Of a DNA stretch of 64,000 bases, positions 1 to 12,226 are shown in pieces. The stretch is from Octopus sinensis (taxonomy: Eukaryota). The position numbers were made by a program, and so were the translations under genes. Location of the stretch: NCBI RefSeq assembly GCF_006345805.1, contig NC_042998.1, positions 7,626,001 through 7,690,000 on the forward strand, given 5' to 3'. Positions within the stretch are counted from its first letter, which is position 1. The number at the start of each line of letters is the position of its first letter. The notes under the pieces were generated by a model, which did not search any database, had not been told where the DNA came from, and worked only from the letters and a program-made list of their open reading frames with translations.

Positions 1-871
1 ACCCAGACATAGTGTGCCTTTATTGTTGATTATATTGTAAGGCCGTTTTGAATCTCATAAAAAATCAGAATAACGTAAGCAAATCTTAAAGTATTTGGCT
101 CTTTGCATCAATTGGTAACAAAGTTACTAGTTAATATATCTAGCTTCCGTCTTAAGATGCTATAAAGAAAAGACATCTCTGTTTAAAGCTATTTGTTCAT
201 AGCTATCGCTAATTTTTGAAATGGAAGTTTTTAGGGGTAAATACGAAGAAAGGTTATTGTTTTGTAAAATCTCGTGTTATAATGAGATTTGGATTTCAGA
301 CGTGAATTCAGCATAGTGTTATTTACACCTAACTGTGGACACTTGCTTATACACATATACATTTTTATAATTTGATAAACTTTTGTTGTTATCAATAATG
401 TAATTTACCTCTAATATTTTATATAATTATATTTCCTACAATTGGAGACGTTTGCTAAATTTATTGAATGTCAATTTAATATATTCTAAATTTGAGTTTT
501 AGTTTTAGCTTTAATTTTTCGAAAAATTCGAAAGTGCAATAAGTTCGAGAAATTTTTAATAACTACCATTCGACAATTATTCTTTACAATCAACGAACAT
601 CAATGAATATTAAATTTAAAATTAATCATATATATATATATATGTTAGAGTGATGCAAATGTTATTATGCTTATATAAATATATATTCTATGTATATGAA
701 TTTGTATGTTGCTATAACTTTTACGATGACTAGTTTCGAATGAAGTAATTTTTCATGAAATAATGAATATAATTAGAATAATAACGTTTCCTAGACTAGC
801 TTTCTTGGTGTGTACTGATAGCAATTTGGTGTCTACTTTTTTTTAGACCTGACTAGATTTTGTTTTTCTGC

Positions 872-931
<60 letters not shown>

Positions 932-1539
932 CTACAATTGACCATATAATTTCTGAAGTTCTCTAACTAATGATTTGATCGAATGAGATAGCTTAAGAAA
1001 ATATACATCTTAATAATGAAATTACTAATTTTAGCTTGCCAAACGTTTATATTTTTAAAAACAAGTTTTACAACAGTGATTACTTATTCATATTCGCATA
1101 CAAATTCATATTCGCATACATTCGTATTTGCATACAAGAACGGGTGTTTCATATATTACACACATACACACACACACACCACACACACACACAAACTCAC
1201 ACACACACATACACGCGCAAACACACATATATATATATATACATTCATATATTCATATATTGCAACATAGAAACATAGTTAGATGCGGTGAGTATTAGTG
1301 TTAATTTTCGGACAACGTTTCATGATTAGACGACCATCAATGCAATTGGCTCTATGCCAAGGGTAACCACGAAGACGTCATGTGACCAGCTGTACAAACA
1401 TAAATGTAACATAGGACCAGGATGTGGGTTATATTAAACCGGAACGAACATCGCAAAGCATGAGTCACAGAAATGTACAAATATTTGCAACAGAACATAG
1501 AACAGACAAAGGGAAGATATCTGAGGAACAGAAACAAAA

Positions 1540-1780
1540 TAAGAAAAAAAAAGAAAAAGATGGAACAGGAAATTGACCAATACATAACAGTACAAGCAAG
1601 CGGAAGAGACGACTTACTGCACTAGCTATGACAGCACAGCTAAATGTCAAGAAAGAAAATCGGGTTTCGGTTTCTACCATGAAGTCGTTCCAAACATTCT
1701 GAGCAGTGGAACGAAAACCTGTATTATTGGCTGAAAATAAAGACAAGAGTGCTCCAATGGACGACATTATAGCCAGCATA
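1540..1780 (+). mobile_element. Degenerate Tc1-like transposase fragment (DNA-binding HTH region)
   Basis: With frameshifts and stops it reads DQYITV-TSKRKRRLTALAMTAQLN...VSVSTMK...RKPVLLAENKDK-RLQW, the Tc1/Tc3 HTH pattern. Boundaries approximate. Confidence 0.6.
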
Positions 1781-2901
1781 GTTAACTCGAATGTAATCAA
1801 TTCAACGGAATTGTTGTCTAATCGTTTCACATTAAGGTCATAGGGTTATGTGTGTATTTATATATATATATATGCGTATATAGTCATGTGTATTAGTGTG
1901 CATGCGTGTGTGTATTTGCCTGTGTGCATGTGAGTGTGAGCGTGTGTATGCGTGTGTGTGTATGTATGTGTGTGTGCATCTCTGCGTGTTAGTGTATAAA
2001 TACAATACTCATTAAGATTGAACTATTTTAATATGAGACAGGTGGGAAAATTTGCTCGAGTATTTCTGGTACAATCTGTAAAAAAATTCTGAAAGTTATG
2101 TTTTTTATATACATACATTAATTAATTACAGGTTATTTTGTTTCGTTCTAAAGATTAGTACTACGTATCAATGCATTGCGTTGTGTATACTATAGCTTAG
2201 CAGCTTTAACCATGAAGAACAGTCTATAACATTTAAGTAAGTTTTACAGAAGTATTTGCAGCTCGAATGACAAAAAACTCCAGAAGCGTAGAAAGCGTGA
2301 TTTCGTGATGGAGACAAGATTTTATAAACAGTTAGGTAAAGATAAATCCTGACGATCTCTAGTAAAACAAAATGTTATCGATCAATTGTATGGTTTTCTT
2401 TTGAATGCGTTTTAGAGTGCCAGTAATCGATATAGATACGCTATCCTAGATATTTCTATTTGTAAAGGTGTATTCTGAGAACAAGTTAAAAGTTACACAG
2501 AATTACCTTGTTCGGCAGCTCTAAAAACAAAGGTAAGACTTGATAGTGAAGAACTTTGAAAAATACTGTTTTTGCTCAGAAACTTATTATTATTAAAAGT
2601 AAACCATTCAATAGTATTTAAAATGCTAGTTTCGAGGTGAAACGAAATGTCATGGAATATCCATTAAAGTTATATCGTAATATGCCCCTCGTGTTTGAAA
2701 CCTATTTAATATATCCAGAACATTGTCTGAAAGCAAAATAATTTATGAAAGATGTTTCAATCAACCCATATTTTAATAATTTATTATGGTTTCAAAGATA
2801 GGTAATTTCTTTATATCAATATTTTATAAAATAATTAAATGAAAGATATTGGGCAGTTCAGTTCTTTATGATCCTTCAACGAAGTATGAATATAATGCAA
2901 T

Positions 2902-3165
2902 ATGGCTGAAACAGGTATTAGTGAATGTATCACATTTACCATGACTGATATCCAATCTACAATGGAGAAGGCTAGCCACTGGATTTGGTTAAAAAGAGAC
3001 GATGAGCGATGGCTAGAAGTATATTGAGTTCTTCATAACCAGCTGATCTAGCAAGCGGAGCCTCATATCAGTGAGGTGGGGCCGGTGCGCATTGATGCCG
3101 TCGAGAGGTAGGCCCCGAAACGGCGCGCATTCTCTCCTGATGACCCCATACACTTGCTAGCTTCC
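2902..3165 (+). mobile_element. 3' end of a Hero-like RLE non-LTR retrotransposon (ORF C-terminus plus structured 3' UTR)
   Basis: 2902-3027 encodes ...IQSTMEKASHWIWLKRDDERWLEVY*, matching the recalled Hero-type terminal motif E.AS.W.W.KR...W. A GC-rich structured UTR follows in an AT-rich context. Confidence 0.6.
3097..3148 (+). ncRNA. Candidate permuted/pseudoknotted hammerhead ribozyme core
   Basis: GCCG-UC (3097-3102) pairs with GAAA-CGGC (3117-3124); GAGAG (3103-3107) pairs with CUCUC (3132-3136), which directly precedes CUGAUGA (3137-3143). Stem II is weak or non-canonical. Confidence 0.5.
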
Positions 3166-3489
3166 GATATACGGAGCTTTTAACTGGTAGCACTTGCATG
3201 TGCAAGTTGTTTGCAAGACATCATGCTCTTTCCATATATGTAATCGAAGAACGAACAAAATCTGATTCGAGGTTTTTCTTAAAATATCTAAGTTATGTTT
3301 TCTGGACTACAACTGCATTCCGTGTGTGATTCTTCAATGTTAGTCTTTAAAGATTTAAGTCGTTGCCCCGCATGAAAATACAAGAGAAAAAATTTACTTG
3401 CGAAAATATAGATGATTTCATTTATGCCTATAAAGAATTATGAACTGCAAATATTAGATAATTAAATTAGAGTAAGTCAATACGATTCT

Positions 3490-3702
3490 TTCTACTGTAG
3501 GCACAAGACCTGGAATTTTGGAGGAGGGGGCTAGTCAATTGCATCGAACCCCCCCCCCCCAGTATTCAACTGGTACTTAGTTTATTGACCCTGAAAAGAT
3601 GAGAGACGAAGTCGAACTTGAAACTTGAACTCCGAAAATAAAGTCAGAAGAAATGCCACAAAGCATTTTGTCCAGCGTCCTAACGATTCTGCCAGTTCAC
3701 CG
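3490..3702 (-). mobile_element. SINE family B copy (degenerate)
   Basis: Reverse complement of the ggcagaatcgttag...ttcatc.tttc.gggtc.ataaa.taagtaccag consensus seen at 30241 and 39238. Confidence 0.65.
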
Positions 3703-4134
3703 AAACCTACAAACATACATACTACATAAGCTACATAAGCTACATAAACTATACTACAACGTAACATTATTTGACCTAAAGTGAATGTTGTTAGATGCAG
3801 ACCTCTACCTCTAAAATATTGTTTCTAAATATCAGAATGTAAATTTCACTTCGTTGAAATATTTAAAACAGTTACGTTAACAACGGGAAGCAGGTATATC
3901 TAAAACTAAAACTAAAAGAAAAAGAACTCATATAAGACTTGAATTTCGACATTAATCATATATATTCACCAAATTCACAATGAGACATATATTCATATAA
4001 TCAACATTGAAATCATACTGATTGATTTTTGAAATTCAATTAGAAACACTTTCTGACAGTTATCTCAACAGGGTTACAGCACTGGCCGTGTATATAAAGT
4101 AAAGAATTGAAGTGTGAATATATATTGTACTTAC

Positions 4135-4282
4135 CATTAATACAAGAGCTGCTTTCGCAAGCAACCCGGGCATGAGGCCTCTGCTTCCTCTTGCAGTTAA
4201 TTCCAGCGGGTTTCTTTGAGTGTTTCCATATACACGACAAGATTCTATATTTGTATCTGGTTGGACCGCAGTATGGTCGACA
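4135..4282 (-). CDS. ADAMTSL1/3 (madd-4): ADAMTSL exon h: TSP1 repeat (CRPYCGPTRYKYRILSCIWKHSKKPAGINC...CESSSCIN)
   Basis: Acceptor actttag|TGT, donor AAT G|gtaagt, 148 nt, ends in phase 1 without a stop. Confidence 0.88.
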
Positions 4283-4437
4283 CTAAAGTTGTGTGAAATG
4301 AAATCAGAAACACAGTATTATAAATATCATTATAGATAAACATACTATCTATACACCATACACACTATATAAGTTTTATTATATATACTATATATACACT
4401 ATATTTACTATTAAAAATATTATCATATGTACTCTGT

Positions 4438-4489
<52 letters not shown>

Positions 4490-5110
4490 CATTTAGACAT
4501 TACATATACCATATATACGTTATATATACCGTTATAGATATAAACTATACACACACTCTACGTACTATTATAAATATTATTGTATCTGCTATATGTACAC
4601 TATATACCATATATATACTATTATAATTTGACTTAGTAAGCGTTTGAGGTGGTTGGGTCGTTAGTAGGCTGGACAAATTGTTTGTGCCTACATTAGAATG
4701 GATTATGAACTAACTTCGTATTAAAATGGCGCATGTGTCAAGATTAATTTCATAATGTATTAATTCAAACGAGTTTAATTCATTGAAATGTAAACATTTT
4801 GTTATGTATCAAAATAAGACAAAACAATATCTCAACAAGATACATGCATGCATGCATACATACATACATACATACATACATACATAATACGCACACACAA
4901 AGTCAAAACAGATATATATATAACTGACGTTTATACAAGGAATGCCAATTTCATTTTATTTAACAACACATAACTGAATCGTTTCAACACATGCTGAGTT
5001 ACCGGACCAAAACACCAGAATCCAGGATGTGAATTACATATTGAAATGCTTTATATTACTGATATACAAAATTAAGATTAAAAAGGAAAGAAAATCTCTA
5101 GTTTTCTTAC

Positions 5111-5293
5111 CCCAGTCCATTTTGAAGTACGCCACAAGGAAATGCATTTATTATTTCCACAAATACGACGATGTTCTGGAACCAGTTCCCCATGACAAGC
5201 TGATGGTTTAGCAACAGTTCCATTGGAAAATATGCAGTCAACTTGGCGGGTTATCATAGAAATTCCATCCCGAATACAGTGTTGCGCTGTGCA
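5111..5293 (-). CDS. ADAMTSL1/3 (madd-4): ADAMTSL exon g: TSP1 repeat (CTAQHCIRDGISMITRQVDC...CISLWRTSKWTG)
   Basis: Acceptor atttcag|TGC, donor GGG|gtaaga, 183 nt, phase 0-0. Confidence 0.9.
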
Positions 5294-5355
5294 CTGAAAT
5301 CGTGTAAAAATTAAATTTAGCTTAAATGTCATGGCTATAAAATCGAATTTAATTC

Positions 5356-5435
<80 letters not shown>

Positions 5436-6439
5436 GTGTGTGCAAATCCAGTCACGAAAATTTTCATTTTAAAACATCTAATCTATGAACATTGAGATGA
5501 AATATTTCTTGAAGAATATTTTCTTAACGGCTTTCGCAGAATACAAACATCTAATAGTTGCATCTTAGAAGACCGGTTTCTCGTTTCGTTTTTTATCATA
5601 ATTCTGAGAAAGTAAAATACGCAACCAAAAAGGTAAACCAACCTAAAAAAACATGTAGCTATTTCCTAGTGCTATGCCCGGGTTCAATTATATTGAGTAG
5701 GACTAATCCTGACTCAGTCGATTTTGGTATGTTTCAGATACCGATTCCGCCGAGTTCTGATGGCTGAAGGCAAACCGAACTGAAACCAGGAGCAAATTTT
5801 TTTCATGGAGAGATTTTATGCTACGCATATGAGTAGTACCCATTGAAGACTTAAATTCTGACAGCCAAGGTAAAGTGAATTGCTTACAGTTAGAATTCAC
5901 AAATAAATCCTACCCGATCTGAACTGTTTGGATTGAAGGTTATTAGTGAATTTTTCTTTACCAATATATTTATTGACTTCAGTTATATATTAATGAATAT
6001 GGTTTAATATACACAGCAGCTCGTCTTTAAAATCTTCACAAATGAAAGATATTCAAAGACGGTGTGGATGAGGCAGCGAGTCTTCATAAATGCAATACAA
6101 TGATTGCGAATAAGTGTAATGTGAGACAAATGCTTCTGAGTTGGCACCATGGTAGAAATCTTTACAACCGAAATGTCTGTGTCGGGGTTGAAGATGGCTT
6201 AGATGCTTTCATTCTTTTGGTTAAGAGGAAGAAATTGTTAATATGATCTTTTCAAGCTCAACGAGATGGGAAGAGATCGGCGTGGTGAACATTTCTTCTT
6301 GAAAACCCACAGCTGTTGAATAAACAGGAAGGAGGAAATTCCGAACAGCCAATGTTCTGGGGTGGTAGAATCAGCTTAGGGATTAGCACAGGTAATTGGA
6401 TGGCACTGGACAAGATCTCACTGGCAGGAAAAGGTAAGA

Positions 6440-6565
6440 CGAATAAGTTGGGAATGCTTGAGTGGAGATGACGAGACCAACCAACTTTGAGAAGCAAAAG
6501 CCATGTAGTAACGGTGGAAAAGGCCGAGCGAGCGAGAATCACGTCAATGGGCCAGAAATTTGATT
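6440..6565 (-). mobile_element. Degenerate CR1/L2-type LINE RT C-terminal fragment
   Basis: The minus frame reads LAH*RDSRSLGLFHRYY, resembling the LxHRR..xSL.LFYRYY motif. Short and degenerate. Confidence 0.35.
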
Positions 6566-6810
6566 TGTTTTGCTGTTACGGCTTACCGAAGCATGAGAAT
6601 GTTGTTGTACCATGTGTTTTCCATGGCAAAAATGAATTTAAAGGGCTTAGACAATGAACTAAAATACTGAAAAGTAATTGCGATTCGTTTGTGAATCAGA
6701 ATAGGAGATAATGCATATTCGTGATTTCACACAAGAAAAACTGAGACAAAGAAAAGAAGGATTGACATAGCAATTAATAAGATGAAAAATGTGTTTTAAA
6801 ATGTACTCAC

Positions 6811-7632
6811 ATTTGTCCATTTATCAATTTTCCATGTTGGACATTGGTGCATTTCTACACATTTTTGAACAGTTCCAGGTTTCTGTAAACCAGCTCTCAA
6901 ACATTCTGAATCTGGGTACAACTTTAAATAACTATCAGTTTTTATTGCACAGTCCACTTCTCTCATCTGTGTACCAGAGCCACATGAAACGGTACAGGGA
7001 GACCATTTTTTGGTCAAAAACTGAACTTTTTTGTGCCGAGTTCCACTCGCATCAGCTATAATTCCGGGAGACATTTTGTAATTTTTCTTCACATTACTCT
7101 GTAAATCCTCATCGGCGGAGTTAAAAGCTGAAGCGATTTTTTGAGCTTTCTTCAACGTCTGGAACTGAATTGAAGAGTTGGCTTGTAGAGAACCTGCAAA
7201 ACATGTGTAAGTTCCTGCATCTCTTTCTGCTATCGAATAACGAATCTTCAAAGCTCCTTTCATAGATTTACGTACACGACCATATAATGGTAAAATATAG
7301 TCGTTCTTTTTCCAGTTGACTATATGTGGTGGGAAGTTCTTTACTGGACATCTTATTGTAACTCGCGTCTTTGGAATAATGATAGCGTTCGATCCGACTC
7401 TTACGTTTATAGATGGAACCTGCTTTAATTGAATAAAGGTAAGATTTTCTGAGCGAATTAAGGGAATATATTTAGCATCAACTTCACACGCCTTCGTATA
7501 ACAAGGTTTTGCAGTTTCTGGTTTGTTCGATCTACACATATGTTCCTTTATAGGTAAATGACGACCATCTGACATTTTAGTTGTGCATACTACACTTCGT
7601 TTCATGCGTCCTGGACCGCAACTTGCAGAACA
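6811..7632 (-). CDS. ADAMTSL1/3 (madd-4): ADAMTSL exon f: TSP1, punctin-type Ig domain, TSP1 (274 codons)
   Basis: Acceptor ttcatag|TGT, donor AAT|gtgagt, 822 nt open. Motifs: CSASCGPG, Ig cysteines in RCPVK and DAGTYTC with an intervening W, WSPCTVSCGSG. Confidence 0.95.
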
Positions 7633-7724
7633 CTATGAATTGAAAAATGAGAAAGAAAAAAAAACATATTAAATTACCTATAAATTGCAAAAACAAGAAA
7701 AATACATTTAAAGCCATATATATA

Positions 7725-8284
<560 letters not shown>

Positions 8285-10324
8285 AATTAATGTTTTCATT
8301 TGGTCACATTTAAAAGAAATGCATTTATCGATATTCATTTAAATCAATTCAATGTAGGGAATATATTTATAAAAAAAATATTATGCAACATATTTAAGAA
8401 GTTGCCTTTTAGATATAAATAAAATATTCAAATGTCATATTGAATTACTCGTCTACAATATTTTCAATTGTTAAGTAAGGTGGCGAACAATGTAAGCAAT
8501 GCTAAAGTCTCTGTAAGCCGAGTTTGCAGCATCGTTCGGATCTTTGCTTTAAGACTCTATCTTATAATTAAACCTTTGATGTCCGTAGGAAATGCATTAC
8601 TAGCACAAATTCGTATTTCACTCTTTTAAAAACTTTTTGCCTCATTGGAAGAAATAACTATTAAAAATATGCATTGGATATTGTAGTACAGAAGTAAATT
8701 TCTTAGTTCAATATATTCTTCGGTTAAGAATATGCTGGAACTCAAAGTATACTTTTCCCTACAAAATCTAGGGTTGTTCAAATTTATCAAGAAATTCTTG
8801 CTAACAACAAACTGTTGCGAAGATCTTTATACGAAACACTGAAAGAGTCTCAAGGCGGTTACCAGATATGCTAAAAATAGTAACTGAATATCACTCAAAT
8901 TACAGTGTACCTTTACCATTAACTTTACACTCTTGAAAAACGGAAGGAAACATAGAATAATGTAGCTCTGTATAACACAGGTAAAGCGAATGTAATGATC
9001 TTTATATTAGTGCTTCTTTAATCTGGAAGCTAGTATTTCACCCGAATTGTCCAGTATGCTCCAGAATAAACTAGGTTCTCTGAGTTTCATATAGCAATGA
9101 GAAAAACTCGCTGTGTGTGTGTGTGTTCACAGTCTTAAAATTACGTGGCATTATCAAAACGTAGCAACTTAGCAACGTATTTATTGAAGTAAATACTATA
9201 CTAATCGTACATAATTATTAAAGTTACCAGTCATAATTACTTTATGATAAATATCTTGTATCAAATGGTAAACAACTGTCAGACGATGACGATGACTACG
9301 ACAACGATAATGTTCATGATGACCGTTCTTCCTAGCAAAAGATTATTCTGTTGCTACGCTATAGAGAGAATACATTTTGATTTCAGTAAAAGTGAATCTA
9401 AAATTATCGTTTTATATTTGAACGAACCTGAAGACTAATTTGCTATGTGGACTCTAAATAGATTACAATGTTTAGCAATCTTACAATGGTAGGCTTCATT
9501 AAGATTTTCTGAACAGTAAATGGTAGATATGATAATGCTTAAAGAATTTGCTACTTGTTTTTCTTTTCTGTGATAGAATGGATAAAAAACCTATTAGAGT
9601 CTGATCCTATTTCTAACTCCTTCACAACTCCCAAATTCCTCAAAGATCGACAACATTCCTTCTCTAGTCATTAAGTGACTTAAATATGTATATTTATGAA
9701 AAGAAATAGATCGTGAAAGAGGAATATAATAACATCCTGTCCCACTTTCATTAAAGTAATTGATTTAATTTCTGAAAAATTATTATGCTTTCTGCTTACG
9801 AAATATATTTGGGAAGTTTACGGCTGCTGACAAATGTTCTTAATAAATTTTATTTCATAATATAAGTACACCGATGGGAAAAAAATAGTTAGCTTTGCTA
9901 AACAAGCTGTCGACTAATCTGGTGAATCATGTGAGCCATATACAGTTGAATAATGGAAACGATGTGGTATAATCTTGTGGAGCAGTATACCGTATGTATG
10001 TATGTATATATATATACACACACACATACACACACACATATATATATATATGTATATATATACACGCACTCACGCACATATATATATGTATATATATTAT
10101 ATACACACACACACACATAAACACACACACACATATATATTTACACATACAAATTTGCATGATTCCAAGTAGAAGAGTTAAAATTAAACAACAAAAAATA
10201 CGCATAGGTCACCATACTTAAAGTGGAGACCAGAAAATATTTTTTAGCCCATAGAAATTACAACCGCAAAGGTGTAAAACGTCGATCATCATCATCAGCA
10301 GCAGCAATAGTAGAAGTGGTAATA

Positions 10325-10356
10325 TAGTAGTAGTAGTAGTAGTAGTACTAGTAGTG

Positions 10357-10398
<42 letters not shown>

Positions 10399-10417
10399 AT
10401 GGTGGTGGTAGTAGTAT

Positions 10418-10451
<34 letters not shown>

Positions 10452-10476
10452 TGTAGTAGTAGTAGTAGTGGTGGTG

Positions 10477-10522
<46 letters not shown>

Positions 10523-10560
10523 TAGTAGTAGTAGTAATAGTAGTAGTAGTAGTAGTAGTA
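10325..10560. repeat. (GTA)n/(GTG)n trinucleotide microsatellite
   Basis: Directly visible; explains the poly-Val and poly-Tyr ORFs. Confidence 0.95.
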
Positions 10561-10594
10561 CTTCGTCCGCGTGAAAGTAGTAGATATTATGTGT

Positions 10595-10778
10595 AAATAA
10601 TCGGAATCGTTAGCATGTCGGGCAATAAGCTTACCGGCATTTCGCCAGTCTCTACTTTCTGAGTTCAAATTCCACCGAGGCGGACTTTCATCGTTGTAGG
10701 GTCGATAAAATAAGTACCAGTTGAGTACTGGAGTCGATTTAATCGACTTACCCCGAACTTGCTGGTCTTGTGCCAAAA
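10595..10778 (+). mobile_element. SINE family B copy (degenerate)
   Basis: gaatcgttagca...ttctgagttcaaattcc...gggtcgataaaataagtaccagttgagtactgg core. Confidence 0.7.
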
Positions 10779-10796
10779 TAATTTTTGAATCATCAT

Positions 10797-11216
10797 CGTA
10801 GGAGTGGCTGTGTGGCATGTAGATTACTTACGAACTACATAGTTCCGGGTTCAGTCCCACTGCGTGGAACCTTGGGCAAGTGTCTTCTACTGTAGCCCCG
10901 GGTCGACCAAAGCCTTGTGAATGGATTTGGTAGACGGAAACTGAAAGAAGCCCGTCGTATATATGTATATATATGTATGTTTGTGTATATGTTTGTGTGT
11001 CTGTGTTTGTCCCCCCAACATCGCTTGACAACTGATGCTTGTGTGTTTACGTCCCCGTAAGATAGCAGTTCGACAAAGGAGACCGATAGAATAAGTACTA
11101 GGCTTCCAAAGAATAAATAAGACCTGGGGTCGATTCGCTCGACTAAAGGCGGTGCTCCAGCATGGCCAGAGTCAAATGACTGAAACAAGTAAAGGAGTAA
11201 AAAGAGAGTAAAGAGT
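10797..11216 (+). mobile_element. SINE family A, full length
   Basis: Same head, body and tail as the 7725-8153 copy, opposite strand. Confidence 0.88.
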
Positions 11217-11375
11217 ATTTTATTTTATTTTACAGAAGCAGTACATAGTGTGAGAATTATTTTAAAAGATATTCGCTCTAGTGTTACTGCATCATAAACA
11301 ATAAAACAAAAAAACAAAAGTAGATACGAAATCTTATAAAGAAAAAAAAACTACACGAAAACATAAGCGACTTAC

Positions 11376-11577
11376 TGGGCTCCAGAGACCAACGGACCAC
11401 AAAGATCCACACTTATGATTGTTGCACGTCTGTTCGCTGGCTGGATGTGGTAGGGGACATAGATTATTGTCGACGACTCTGCTGATTTCTTGATTTCCCT
11501 GAACACACTCGACACGTCGATATTGCATCCCTCCGCCACATTCCGAAGTGCACGGACCGAACTTGCCAATTTTCCAT
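11376..11577 (-). CDS. ADAMTSL1/3 (madd-4): ADAMTSL exon e: TSP1 repeat (WKIGKFGPCTSECGGGMQYRRVEC...CNNHKCGSLWSVGLWSP)
   Basis: Acceptor tctctag|A TGG (phase 2, matching exon d), donor CCA|gtaagt, 202 nt. Confidence 0.92.
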
Positions 11578-11634
11578 CTAGAGATAGTGAGAAGATTTAG
11601 GAAAATTTGTTCGTTTTGTATGGAAATATGATAC

Positions 11635-11672
<38 letters not shown>

Positions 11673-11980
11673 CAGTATCTTTATATATATAAGTTATATA
11701 CACACACGCATACGTATATACACACATACATACACATACATATATACAAAGTGAGAGAGAGAGGGAGAGAAGCATTTTGAAACTTCACATATAAATATAA
11801 AAAAGATGAAACGTTAGCCCTTGTAGAACATTATACGCTAAAAACGTGACGCTCCGCTCAAGTACACAAAACATAAAACTGATTTTGTTCAGTGAAAATC
11901 AGTCAACTTTATTGGAGATACTTTGTGTTTTACAATGCAACTATTCAACTTTCGAATAAAAAAATAAAACACAATAAATG

Positions 11981-12226
11981 CGCCCTTTTTAAAGCCTAGC
12001 CAGGCTCATGGGCCTGGTTTCCCGGTTTCTATGGCGTATGTGCTCCTCAGATAACGGGACGCCAGTCCATCGCAGCGTTACTCATTTTTGCCAGCTGAGT
12101 GGACTGGAGCAACGTGAAATGAAGTGTTTTGCTCAAGAACACAATGCGTTACCCGGTCCAGGAATCGAAACCACAATCTTACGATCATGATGCTGACACC
12201 CTAACCACTAAGCCACGCCCCTCCAC
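11981..12226 (-). mobile_element. tRNA-derived CORE-like SINE
   Basis: Minus-strand head gtggaggggcgtggcttagtggttaggg...gtttcgattcctgg, then ttgtgttcttgagcaaaacactt...gctccagtccactcagctg core. Confidence 0.8.

Noticed and set aside
1352-1830. Minus-strand Cys-containing ORFs (…CSMFCCKYL…) as the missing PLAC exon
   Set aside because: Cys spacing does not fit PLAC, and the region is better explained as the antisense of a plus-strand Tc1 relic.
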